Counted from the stretch's first letter, positions 12,271-25,571 are shown. The stretch: 64,000 nucleotides of DNA from Antedon mediterranea (GCF_964355755.1 NC_092678.1:3984422-4048421); one strand, 5' to 3'. The notes: a model not told the origin generated them from the sequence alone. Made by a program: numbers and translations.

Positions 12271-15200
12271 TTTGAGCTTTAAAACTAAACGCATTGAAGA
12301 AATTCTTCGTCTTTTTTCCTAGATCTTGTTTTCTTAGTGCTTCAAGATTTTTGTTTGCGCTTTACAAATTAATTTTAATTCGATGTACATTTTTTCCATT
12401 CCATTTTATTAATTTTTTTGTCATAGTACTCATTTTCTACTTTTTTTGTGTGTTACATTTAATTGCTTAAAAGCAAACTATATTTTAACATAATTCACTA
12501 CAATGGTAAAATGCTCATGCAATGAATGATTTAATTAAAAACGTTTTAAATTACAACACTGTAAAGTGGATATGTTGGAAAACAATAACAACAATGCCAG
12601 AATCTTACGATAATACTGTATCCCCTAGAGTATCCTAAACATGGTGACTTGGAGTATTTTGAGGTTTAAGTTTGTTATGAGGGTTTATGAGGAATTATAA
12701 AATGTAGGCCTTTGTCTTGAAAAACTTATATATAATTAATATTCCCTGAAAATTATGATTCAAATATTCTTTTTAGAAGTGTAATATTATTATTTTTCTA
12801 TTTACAGTTTAACAGATGTTTTAACACAAGCTAAACTAAAAACCCATAGAGACAATATTAAACTATAGCCACATAGTTGACTCTCTAGTAGCTTAACAGT
12901 ATCTCTATGGTAAAAACACACTTCTGGTACGTTAAGGACAAACGTATTGTTTCAATGTTATTACACTGTATTTGACATTTTGTATGATTACATAAGTATT
13001 ACATAAATATATTGTTAGTTTATATCTCAAAGTTCAAATGGATTCTCAGCACACAGGCTATCAATTGAGACAAATGTACAAATAATTCATTGGTGGCGCC
13101 AAACACTGTTACGGAAAGTTTGATAAAATATTGAAGACTTGGGTGGATAGGACATCTGCAATCAACTTTAGAGCCTTTTTAGTGTGTTTATACGCATCAT
13201 TCAACTACGCAGATATTAATTCCAAAAACTTATTCTGCACATGCTCAGAAACATATAAGTATGTGAAGAATGTTAGACTTAATAGCTGCGTAGTTGTGTC
13301 ATGAAAACGAAAGGTAACTATTTTTCCAAATATAGAAAACTCCAAACGGCTTTCTTGATGTGATGAAACTATTACAAAATCCATTTCTAAAACCACCTTA
13401 ATATTGGAGAGAAGACAGACTTTTAGTTATCTTCACATTAAACACTAATGGTGCCACCACTGAAACAAACTAGTTCTGTTTAATATAAACACAAATACTG
13501 GCATATCATCAAAAAATTAATTAAAAATCCAAACGTCAACAAATCGTTAAATAACCGTAAATGATTGAATAAGTGCCACAGCAAATTGTTTCCTATTATC
13601 TTGTTTTCAGGCTATTTTTAGAATCACTAAATATAGTATATAATATCTAACTTGGCGGCTTATTCACTCATTCAATTTGATTTTCTTTGCTTATCGTTTT
13701 AAAGTGTCCCTTTTTTTAAAGACAGGCATATTATGTTAAAATTGGGAACACAAGAATAACTGCGACATTTATATAGCGCTATGTCATGAAGATCAGAGCG
13801 TTATGGACTTAGATGTTACACCTTTTCAACAACATTCTTCTCCCCGCATCTGCCAAATAAATGGCACTAAAACCCAAAGTGTTGCTGCACGTATTCAATC
13901 ATTTATAATAGGATACATTCGTAGCTATGGTATATTACAGTGCGATATACTGTATATACTTTTAATTGGTGATTTCCAATACTGTATTCTTTTTCTCTAG
14001 ATTATCTATTATAAATACAATTACAATATACAAGTTTTGAGACAGTAAGCTTTCTGGTAAAAGAGATTGTACAACAATAAAATTAAACATTTGTAATAAC
14101 TGTTTCAATATTGCCACGTTATATAAAAATGAATGTTTATAATATACGTTTAATATAAAAAATACATTTTTAAATTAATATTATGACATATATTTTAGTT
14201 ATAGTAATAGATCATCATCATATTAGTACGAGAGATAAAAATAAGCATGTACTTTAAAGTAAAAGACATGCTTTTGGTTTGGTGGTACAACCAATACGCT
14301 TATTCTATTTGTCTGTTTTGAGCAGATGTGGTTGCTCAAGCTCCTCGCTCTTCCTATCCGAGCAGTGTAAAATAGAGGAGGAGTTCAGCAGGTTGTAAAG
14401 GACCGTCGAAAACACCTAAAACTATCGATAAAAGAGACTATGATTATGACTCAATCTGTTCAACCCAAGCTGCAATTATTTACTATATTATACTACACAA
14501 CAAGGTTAGTTTCACCAGGGAGGGTTTCACCTCTGTGACAACAGCATTAAGATCTCGAAAATTAATTATGTCGAAAATTAAGTCAAATATTTAACGTTCA
14601 TTACAAAGGTTAGTATACTGCAAATTAATATTGCCAATTCAAATTAATTAATTTCAGTTAATTATTCTCACTTCTAAATATTACGACGTACAAATGCAAC
14701 TGAACTATCGTTTATACACGGGCAGCAGACATGCAGCATGGTGAGTTTACTTGACAAGATTCAACTGCTGTTGGTAATATGGACTGGTAATATTTAACCA
14801 CATAATTAAAAAATCTAACGAATACTTTCAGCTGAAATTTTGTTGGTGGGAGAATATTATTGGTAGAAAGAAAGTGTTTAAACTCCAGTATCAAGAATTA
14901 GGTCATGCATGACAAATTGTTTTGATGATCTTCTTAATATTTACTTTTAAATCTGTGTGGATAGTGAAGTTATTTTTTGGCACTTAGTAGTGTATTAACT
15001 TGACCAAAAGCCTCTTTTGATAAACTGTGTACCTTAAAGCAACAAATAACAATTGGCCTACTGTATACAACAGTAATTTATGTTGGACTCAATACAATAT
15101 TTACATAAATTGATAAAAATTTTGGAACAAATATTTGATCACAATCACTTTCCCCATATACACACAGAAAGCAATATTTTCTTACATAAATATTTATATA

Positions 15201-15335
15201 TTAATATAATCATTGCATTCATTATATTAATAATAAATCTTGTAAATCACTTTTCCAGAAAGATTACTGTCTCATCTTAAAAATACTTAAAAATAGTTAA
15301 AATTGTTACATAGGAAAATATGCTCGCTTCATTTG

Positions 15336-18300
15336 TCATAGTTCCATGTCTTGTGCCTCATCCTCTGAAAAGTCACTCATTGAACTTTCGCTGGATGACG
15401 AGATATCCTCTTGCTCCTTCAGGATGTCTTCAGTGGCGTACCTCCTGATGTAATCTACAACAAATAATAATAATAACTTACTGAACTACATCTTTTTATC
15501 GGTGGCGCATTTTTCTATTGGATAAGCCTAAGAGATTGCCAGGAGCAAAAATAGAAAAAGGATCAAGAAATAAAAGGTAAAATAACAAAAAGTGAATTGG
15601 GATCCTGGTCTGGATTGCCCCTAAAATTTAATGGAGTCGTCCATGACTACATATCTATCTTTGGTTTAAATTTAGTAAAGATCTGTCATTCAGTTTTGAC
15701 ATTATCCAACAAACACATCCACACACACATTCAGACAAAAATATAACCTGCTAGGTGGAGGTAATAATTCACCAGCAACTTGGAAAGAGACTCATCCAGG
15801 TGATCCATGCAATTGACAAAAGAGAAAACAAAAACAAAGTAAATCTAATAATATATACCTTTGATTTTGACGTTGTAGTCTTCTGGTTTATGGAGGTATA
15901 ATGCCGCAGCGTCGCCATTCAATGGATCAATGGGGTTTGGATAACTCAGCAATTGTGGTAAAAATGAGTCAAATATATTAGTCAAATCTAAAAATGTAAA
16001 ATCATCATGATAAAGATGTTAGAAATAAACACATGTTATAAACAAATCCTATGATAACACTTAAAAAAATAGTTTAATATATGGATTGGTACTGTTCATC
16101 TCGAGAATGTGTTTTACTTAGTCATGTATGTTTTCATGTAGCCAGTACGGCCGTGCGATTAAGGGTATACAAATTATGAATACATCTACTCTTACCATAT
16201 AAGGCCGTCCACGCCTGATTGATTACATCCAAGCATACAGTTCCTGACCTAAACAAACAATTCATAAACATTTAACAATATGAAAAGAAAATATTGATAA
16301 CAATTGTGGATAATGATGATTTAGATACTGATTTTAAAAATCAAGTAAGTAATCACTGATAATCATAAAATATTGATAATGATGACTAGAATGATTTGAT
16401 TTTTCACTTACGCCTCATCGATATTAGGGTGGTAGATTTTGTTCAGGAATCCTAAAGAAATAAAAAAAGAAATTATTGTATAAATGCGAACAAGTCAAAC
16501 CGCTCATAATGAGGTTGGTATCAGTTATGTCCATTTAGGAGGTTTAATGGTTTTAAATTTATATAGCGCAAAATACAAATAGTCTCTATGCGCTGTTTAG
16601 CACAAGTGTGAAAATGAAAATGTTGATGTAAAATAAACCACGAAATAGCCTAAGAAAACCGAATAAATTGACCAAGACAACAGAAAAAAAAGTCCAAAAA
16701 CGGATTCTCGTACCACCACACTGTTTCACTAACTTGTCAAGACAAGCTAGCTATTTATTTACAAGTGTCATAGTGATGTGAGCATCTCACTGTCCTGCCT
16801 AACAAACAATAAAATGTATATGAAAAATAATGAATTCACACAGAACAAAACAAGTGAGTCTTCAAGTGAGCTTTAAAGATCGAAATGTTTTTATTTTGAT
16901 CTAGCCACAAGATCATGTCTATAACCCTACACTAGATTATACATACCAATGGATGGTGATTTAAATGGGTACTTCTCTGGTAAGTCTACCCGAACCTTCC
17001 ACACACCTCCTTCATAAGGAGCTGAAAATCAGATTTAGAAATTGTAACTAACTCACATTAGGTTGTCTCCAAGTATTATGTAAATGGAGACACAGTTATA
17101 TTATGCTATAAAATGTATACAGTATACACAGCAACTGTTTACATTGGACAAACTTACATCCCTTTGGTCCCCAGAACTTGACAGTAAACTCATGTAAACC
17201 ACTCAGGATCGTCACTTCATGTTTGCTTTCGATTCTAAAATAAACTTGTTAAGGAACATTACATACATTTCATTAGAATTGTATTACTATAGTCTACTGA
17301 ACTTCTTATTTACATTCACATGACATAAAACAATCGCATAATTCACTTGCATGACCATATTAGGGTGATCAAATCAAATAACACACTGTAACATTTTTAG
17401 TACATGTTAATAGTAATAATACTGATTGTATTTCTTACATGGATTGGTAATATTTGGTGTTGTCTTTAGGGTGTAGAGGAATGATGTTGTTAGTCCATTG
17501 TACAACAAAATATTAACCATTTATGCAAGAAAAACAAAACAATTCTAACAAAAGAACTGATTACAATATAATTATTGTCCTAAACTTTGAAGAAAGGAAA
17601 CAACTTCCTAGATTTCCTTTGACTTATCTACAGGAAATATATGTTAATTGTTCATTCATCCACGACCAAGACAATTTTTTTTAAACTGAAAATTAATAAC
17701 TTTATTACAATATAATTGATAAATCAGCAACACATAGGCGAGGATCAAACTTTATTCGTATTGAAACTGTAAAGATGCGCCCTCAACCAATTTTGTTAGG
17801 TCCACCTTCCAAAAATTCTAAACCTTAGTACTTGAGCATTTGGTCATGATTTTGCCAGTAAATTTTGGATATACAATGTAAGTATAAAAAGGTTTAAACA
17901 AAATATGGATTTAGTTGGTGTTTCTTCATTTTCAAGTGTTTTCTATTTTGTATATTTGAGTAATAAACCAGACATACTAAATTGTAATAAAATACATTCC
18001 TTATAAGCTTCATAGCCATGTACTCTACAGACATAGATCATGTATACAAGCACATTCATTACTCAGTATGTAGATGGTTGCTTCATTTGATTGAAATTGT
18101 CAAACTTGAGTAAAATATCAATCAGAATTCTAATACTAATTCATCGCATGCAAAGTAGATAAACTGTTACAGTTGTATTTAATATACATTCCTGTGTACC
18201 TATAACCATGAAGTAATAATTATTAATCCCTGTTATAACTATTACTCCATGCTCAAATAACTAAGAAATTATCTTAGTATTTTGTTAGAATAAACATTTT

Positions 18301-19365
18301 AAAAAGGCCAAAAATCGAAGAAAAATTAAATAGAGGTTTATTCCACTATTAACATTATTTTATCATCCCACACCTAATCTTCTGACCCAATATAATTTGC
18401 ATTGCAATTCAACAGAAATTAGGGTAAAAATTATAATAGCATGGGTTTCTGAAGGCTTTTGTACAGTATATGAAGAATAACATAGTTGTTCATACATTGT
18501 ACTTGGTATGAATCACCTTTGTTTGAAGTACTCATGACTAAGATATGTATTTATAGATCGAAATTACTAGTATACGAAGTGTGAATAAGTTAATTTTTAA
18601 AGATTTATATCATAATTTAGGTTTAGACAATATTAAGCAATTTGATAGCTGTGTTGATACAGGTCTGGTCTCAACCTGTGCATGCAGGCATCGAGTATTC
18701 GTACATACCAGTGGACATTTTGGTACGCCAACTTCAAAAGTAACAAATTTGCTACTTTTTCTGAAAGTTGAAATGCTTATGGATGGCGCAACAGCAATTT
18801 ACATGAAGTTTTATTAGGCCTAGGCCTAAGTTACGTACGCCAATAACTAGGCTTAGCAACAGGTCATCAACCATTTCATCTTTACTAGTAGAACTATAAT
18901 CAATAAGATAAGAAAACATCTGAAAAAAAAACTTTTTTCTTTAAGAAAATGATAGGCTTGGCATATGGTGAGTACACAAAAGAAATGAGGGCTGGAAATA
19001 CATTCTGAAATTATTAATATTAAATTAAAAATCAAAGGAGACATGACTTATAAACAAAATAATAAACAACTTTATATGTATGCATTATTATTAAATATGT
19101 AATAACTATATTAGGTCATATCGTCATTTTGCTAGGCTATTAATTTACAGAAAGGACGATGAGGGCTAGCGAAATTACCTAAGTCGACATACGTATGTTC
19201 GTGGTATCGGTTCTCACAACAGCTGATACTACAACCAATTATGACCTTGGCTGGAGAGTATTTACATCACTAAGAAACTTATCATTTAGTTATTATAAAT
19301 AAAAAAGGATACAATCTAATAACATCTATGTCCATTCGACGTTTTCCTGGTGTCGGAGATGACAT
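15336..19365 (-). CDS. UBE2H: Ubiquitin-conjugating enzyme E2 H, 7 exons, 181 aa
   Basis: Exons: 19365-19313, 17234-17158, 17021-16947, 16451-16412, 16248-16196, 15987-15859, 15454-15336. All phases are consistent (546 nt). Peptide [28 protein letters not shown]...[25 protein letters not shown]...[18 protein letters not shown]...[18 protein letters not shown] closely matches vertebrate UBE2H. Confidence 0.97.
15599..15766 (-). mobile_element. Truncated Helentron/HINE-like non-autonomous element in UBE2H intron 6
   Basis: The minus strand begins ttattacctccacctagcaggttatat and continues into a GT-rich microsatellite. This matches the 5' architecture of the element at 32038. Confidence 0.5.
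17235..19312 (-). other. U12-type (minor spliceosome) GT-AG intron 1 of UBE2H
   Basis: The 5' splice site is GTATCCTTTT (from 19312 on the minus strand). The branch point TTCCTTAAC lies at 17256-17248, about 12 nt from the AG. Confidence 0.93.
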
Positions 19366-21474
19366 TTTATGGTCAAAATTAGCCTGAAAAGTAAAGAATA
19401 TTTGCTGTAGGTCGGTTTTCTTCCGCCCAAGATAGTTGTGTATCCGAAGCTGCTCGAACCAAAACAATGATCCTACAGCTAAAACCATTCATAAATAGGT
19501 ATACAATTTTTATTTGACTTAAATTATATTTACTATAGTAAATTGATTAGTTTATTATTTTAGTTAGATATACAATATTTATAAAATAAAAGGAATATGT
19601 ATTATTTTAGTACAAATATTATCAGTTAAAGTTGTATAACCATTTAATTAAATATTGATTACCTATTATGAAAATAGACGGGTCTATTTTATGTCGTCAT
19701 CGATGTCAAATCACTCAAGCCATCTAAGGCAAACAAAATATTTTGGAACAACCAGCAAAATATTTACAAAAAGCGTTTCAATAACTATCTGTTTATATTT
19801 GTTTTTTAAACCACAAACAAAATAGAATGTAATTGTTATCCTATATGTATGTAGATTCAGAAATGCTTTAACCCAAAAATATTTATTTTAGCAATGTTAC
19901 CCTAAATATAATGGTATAATCTGATGATCAAAGCAACACTCACAAAAACAGCTGATTACAATAAAGTGATAAGTCGCTGTGCTAAAAGTAACACGACACT
20001 CTTCCAACGAAATCGGATAATTAAAATAATTTAATACAAATATTAAAATCAATTTTTCATTCTTTACAAATTGTTTGTTTACTATCCTTGTTGAAAATAA
20101 ATAGTAGTTAGAATATTAATGTATTCGTTTCTACATCATGGATAGGAATTTTAAAAATATGGAAACGAAAAACACTTTAATTATTGAATTACAAAATTTA
20201 AACGTAAGCCTTTATTTGACAAAATAAACTAATAATCTCTTTAATCATGCTTTAATTTTTTTAATACATTACATATAATGAAGATAACTCAATCAGTCCT
20301 GACGTAACGGTAGGGAAACTTTCAAAACTTTTAAAAGTACGATCTTTATGGACTTGATCATAGAAATATTATAGTTCTATGTACTGTATTATTTGTTTTA
20401 CTGGTTGGAGGTATACACACCTAATTGGTGAAGTGGCTTATGCTGCTTTTGTTCTTTTCTCCTGGCAGCTAGTGACTATGATTTTATATTTCTTCTTCCG
20501 TCGTGATTGTTTAATTTGTTGATTTGTATTATATTTTGTAAAATGTACCTTTTGCCCGAATAAATGATATTACTGATAATAATAATAATAGTACTGTGTA
20601 TTAAAAATATACGTCACTATTGCCATTTTAGTAGTAATTTTATTGGAAACTAAAAACTAAACTATAAAATGAATGTATAAGAACAAAATAACCCTTTGTT
20701 TTGTTGATGATGTCAAGGTTGGATAAATGGACGTAAATAGATTATGAATGAATGAGGTATTAGTTGCATGCATGAATAATCAATTGAAAGAAAAGATTAT
20801 TTATGCACGAAAAAATATATAGGTTGTACTGTATTTTAAAATTCTGTTTTTCTTCTGTTATCATTTTGTTTGACGTATAATACCTCAGTTTTACATTACC
20901 AGAATACACCATACAAATTTCCGGTGCTAACGCTCTGGTGTGTGTGTAACCTTGAGTGTGAGCCTTAATACTGATAGGCGATGTGAAAGAGGTATTGTTG
21001 TTGAAATAATGACAACATTTAACAAATATTAGTATTGTATTATTATTATATAAAACATTTAATAAAAGACAGCAGTCAACATCTTGTGGAAATATATTTA
21101 TTTTTAATTGAAACAAGAGTCAAAATGTTATGCTTACAAAGAGATAAAATCACATAATAATCTAAAAGAAAGGAAATTTCTAAAACACAATCACCTTCAT
21201 GACAGATGACATAATGTCGATCAATGGGTTACAATCAAATAGATTTGGTAGCTACTGTAATTGTATTGAAATAGACAAATCTAATCTCATAAAAACACAA
21301 TTGCACATTGTTTTTCCCTTGGTTATACTGTATACACTTTTCGTTCATATACGTTGTAGAAAACTTAACCAATCCTCACTCCCCATCTACGTGTATACTA
21401 AAATATGAAGCAACACTTTTATCTGTGTTAGCTGCTGCGCGATGACTTATACTGGGCTCTGTTAAACTATCCAA

Positions 21475-24248
21475 TCATGTGGTGGGCTTTCCTTGAAAAA
21501 ATCCTAGAATTTTTTTAACAGTTTTCCAAGCTTGACTTGGTGGAATCTGTGAAAGATAAAATTTGAAATAAATAAAACCTTATAAAATAAGGAAAACATA
21601 TTAGATATATTCATTTTTTAGTCGGTTTCAAAAGATTTGAGAGAAGGCAAGCTAGTTTGTTAATTCACATTAAAAGATGCCACTGTTAATTCACATTTAC
21701 ACTTACAGTATTTGCTAATGTTGGTCTGGTTATGTTACTTGATTCTTCAAAGTGTCTGTCAAGCATTTTCCACGTCTGCTTCCACCCAGCGGCAGTTGGG
21801 TCAACTGGCTCTAACATTTGTTTGATTACTTGATCACCTGAAGCTTGAACCTCTTTGATGTCTGTTTCTTTGTTTTTCAAGGTAATCCCCAACACCCATG
21901 GGCACCAGTTACGGTGCTCTGTGGATGGATTGAATGCCTTTACAGGAAGAGGCATCATCTTCCTTCTTTTGGGATCTGGTTCAACATCACTGGTGCCTTC
22001 ACTCGATGTCACTCCATTTTGATTTTCTTTTAAAGATGTAAAGTTCCATAGACCAGCCTGTCGCTTGCAATGATTGCAAATGAGTATTGAAACTCCTTCT
22101 GGCTTACTGAAATAAAGAAAAACAATTTAAAATCTAGTATGATTGGTACTGAAGTATTAATACAGGTACATTTCAATTTCCATGCAAGTAAATTAATTAA
22201 TTAACAAATCAATAAACACACATACACATTGCTCCAGCCAAACAAAGCTAGAAAACCAGCAACACACAATTGTTCATCCTCGATTTTTTCACATGTTTGT
22301 AACTGACTTGAACATTTCTGAATCGTATTGGTTAAATCTGACAAGCCTGTGCTCTATATAAAAAAAGATAATAAATAAGCGAATAACATTTCTACAGGAA
22401 ATATGTTAAATTAACACTACTATGTAAAAGAATCAAATAATTGTAGCCAACCAATTCATTTCAATTTTTTCTGGTACTATGTGGTTTTGCATAATAAGAC
22501 ACTTACCTCTGATATACTATCATCTAAGTCAAGTTTTGGCAAATTGTCTTTTTCTGTTATTATGCTTTTCATTCTTTTAGAGAACTTGGATGCAGTTGAG
22601 CTAGGTGTTGGTTCCACAACACTACAAAACTTTCCTGTCATAAAGAAAATTAAAATGAAACTGTTATTGTCAATTAACTATTCTTTGAACATGAGATACA
22701 ATTCATTAATGATATGAATTATCATGCATACCTGGAGAAGGTGATGTAGGCCAAGGACAAATACTTGAATGCGCCGTCTTTATTAACTCCATCATGTTTT
22801 TACTGATGTCACAATCTACAGAAAAATGTGACAACAATTTTGATAATTATTGATGACATTAGATTTATAAATTTTTAAAGAAGAAGAAAGTTCAATTGTT
22901 ACTCAGCTTTTAGGATACCTACCTTGTTCAAATGATGTAATTTCTGGACTCCCAGCATAAAGTACCTCTTTGCAGCTTACACATTTTAATGTGTTTGTAT
23001 CAATGTTTTCCCATCCATATTTTGAACACTCTAAAGGGGTTAAAGTTGTGAGCGCATCAAACCATTTAAATGGCTAAAAATTTATGTTAAAGAAAGGTAG
23101 AGAAGCAATAAAATAGCTTTTATTTTCATGGTTTTAATTGAACATTTATATTGGTATAAAAATATAATACAAAAAGCAGCAAAAGTATATAGATTTTTAA
23201 TTACTTAATCTCACAAATACACTGTACATCTTGATAATGCCAGTTGAGATATTGATGATATGGCTAACATTAACAAATCACTACATTGTATGTACATACT
23301 AAAAATATAAAACAATAATAATAACCTGGTAACCATGCCATGTATATATATATTTTTAATTACTTAATCTCACAAATACACTGTACATCTTGATAATGCC
23401 AGTTGAGATATTGATGATATGGCTAACATTAACAAATCACTACACTGTATGTCAATTCAATTCAATAAACTTTATTGTCAAACTCATGAATGGCTTGAAA
23501 CTTTGGCTGAAAGTACACACATTGAAATTGTCTAAAAACATTGTCGCACAAACAGTAAAAAAGAATAAAATCACATAAAACTGAGAACAAGTTAATAAAA
23601 AGTTAAAAGAGGGCACAAAAAAATACAAATTGAGTTAAAAATACAGCTAAGATACTTATTGCGTTTATCTTTTCCACATTACATTAAAATGTCAAATTAT
23701 AAAGAAGGATACGGTATACGTCTGAACCCTTTGATAGAACGCTACTTTATTGTCAGGCTGGAAAACTCTCTTGAGGTCACCCGCTGAAGAACCATCACTG
23801 TTTCTTGAGAAATCAACATCATCACCATGCAAAACTTTATCTTTTTCTTCTGAGCTGTAAATATTAAAGATAAATGGAAACAAACAAGTTAAAAATAGAT
23901 AAATTGGTGCCTGTCTCTCTCAAACTTTAGTTACTACTAGTAGAGTAGTAGGGGCCGAGTAGTAGTACTAGGCTAAACGCTCTACTAACTAGCTAGGCCT
24001 AGCTAGGTCGGGGAGTTGACTAGGCCGCATTTTGTAGAGTTGCTGCGTCTACCTATCTACCTATATAGTAGTAGCCTGCTTTTTAGGGCCGGCGGCCTAG
24101 ACTAGTCTGACTTTCTAATCTTATTAGGCTTAGTTATTTGCATATCTTACCACTGGGTATCCTCAGAAGGTGAACCATGAATAAAAGATGAAAGTAGTGC
24201 TTTTACTTTACGTGGAGTTGATTGATTTTGATTCACAACAGAAGCCAT
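21475..24248 (-). CDS. ZC3HC1: ZC3HC1/NIPA zinc finger C3HC-type nuclear basket protein, 8 exons, 400 aa
   Basis: Exons: 24248-24151, 23854-23713, 23073-22923, 22815-22732, 22634-22507, 22353-22226, 22106-21707, 21546-21475. Phases are consistent (1203 nt). Motifs: AFYQRVQTYTPFKW...TPLECSKYGW...LKCVSC...AHSSICPWP, ALFGW...CNHCKRQAGLWNF, FNPSTEHRNWCPWV, and an NLS-like PKRRK. Confidence 0.93.
23074..23712 (-). other. U12-type GT-AG intron 2 of ZC3HC1
   Basis: The donor is GTATCCTTCT (from 23712 on the minus strand). A branch-like TTCTTTAAC lies at 23094-23086, about 10 nt before the AG. Confidence 0.88.
23193..23453. repeat. ~100-bp near-identical direct duplication in ZC3HC1 intron 2
   Basis: atttttaattacttaatctcacaaatacactgtacatcttgataatgccagttgagatattgatgatatggctaacattaacaaatcactaca occurs at about 23193 and 23352. 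Confidence 0.9.
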
Positions 24249-24286
24249 AATTTTAACGCAAGTTTTTGTGTTTGGAAGTTTAAGTC

Positions 24287-25123
24287 GGTGACTACTTCTT
24301 CGCATGCAGCTAAAGTAAAATGACGTCATGTTAAAGTGGGTCGTCACAGAGTCTCATGCATATAAATGAAGCAAACTTGCTGAGAGTTTTTTCCACCACC
24401 ACACGTCACACACGCGACGCGAGATTTATCGAAAATATACAACAAAATATAATTGTTTTCACTGCTGAGGATAATAAATAATATACTTTAATTTTAACAT
24501 GACAGGAGAGCCTAGATACTTCCAGTGCGAATACAAAATAATAATAATGTACAATATTAGTATGTATTTTCAAATGCTGCAAGACATGAGGCCCGAATTA
24601 GGCTAGGCTAGGCCTCCTACTGTCTGTAGTTAGTGGCAGCGCAGTGCATACCTGAGAGCTAGGGTGGGTGGGAAGTTAGCTAGTATGCTGGGTTAGTATC
24701 TGCACAATGCCACGCGGTAACGATGAAGGGGAGGATGGATGGCCTGATAGTGGGTAGTGTATACTGTATTTTACTTGTCTTTAGTAAGGCCGCTAGTGAG
24801 AATAGAAAGTCTGTCTATAGGGCTAGGCATCTAAGCAAGCCAAATGGGTCGAATAAACAACTATATTTAATCTGCTTCTAAGCCAAATGGGTCGAATAAA
24901 CAACTATATTTAATCTGCTTCTTTGTTATCTGGAACAATATCGGATTATTTTCTGTACCACCGATCGCACCATCATTAATTAATCACTCTGAAAACATTT
25001 TGTAAAATCATGAGCGCACAAGAAGCAGAGACAAAACACCTTTTGCATATGCATGAGACTCTGTGACGACACGCTTTAACGTGACGTCATTTTACTTTAG
25101 CTGCATGCGAAGAAGTAGTCACC
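24287..25123. mobile_element. Non-autonomous Mutator-like (MULE/MITE) element, 837 bp, ~77-bp TIRs, 9-bp TSD
   Basis: TIRs at 24287-24363 and 25047-25123 show 3 mismatches by eye and begin GGTG. The TSD GTTTAAGTC is at 24278-24286 and 25124-25132. There is an internal 43-bp tandem duplication at 24837-24922 and no ORF. Confidence 0.85.
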
Positions 25124-25220
25124 GTTTAAGTCCCACACGTTCTCTCAGTGCAGTCAGGCATATCATCAACAAACAATTTATTACTCCAGTCGTCGTAAGA
25201 GGGCGTCATTTATAAAAAAC

Positions 25221-25571
25221 ACCGGAAGTAGTATTAAAGAGTACCGGAAGTATATAATTGTTAAAGGTCATAATTAACTATAACCGGAAGCGGAAGTATA
25301 AGGTCATTATAATAATATAAAATAACAAAAGTAGTGTTATAAAGGTTAGGATACCAGACGTCATTATTTATAAATAATTATCTAGCTTGGTATTAAAAGA
25401 CGTTTATATAAACCATCGAGGTATACCTCCATGTATAAACAAAAAGGCCTATATCTATAGTTTTCAAAAACTCTTTGTTTATTTGGCCTATATACTTTTT
25501 TGTACGCAACTTCCGGTATAATAATGACCTTTAACGACAATTGTACTTCCGGTAAACTTCAAAACTTCCGT
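25221..25571. promoter_or_regulatory. ETS (GABP/ELK-type) motif cluster in the ZC3HC1/KLHDC10 divergent promoter
   Basis: CCGGAAGT at 25222 and 25244, CCGGAAGCGGAAGT at 25284. Reverse copies ACTTCCGG at 25509 and 25545, and ACTTCCG at 25564. Confidence 0.7.

Noticed and set aside
24147-24347. ORF extension upstream of the ZC3HC1 ATG
   Set aside because: It uses a non-ATG start and runs into the MULE TIR. The ATG at 24248 is the more plausible start.
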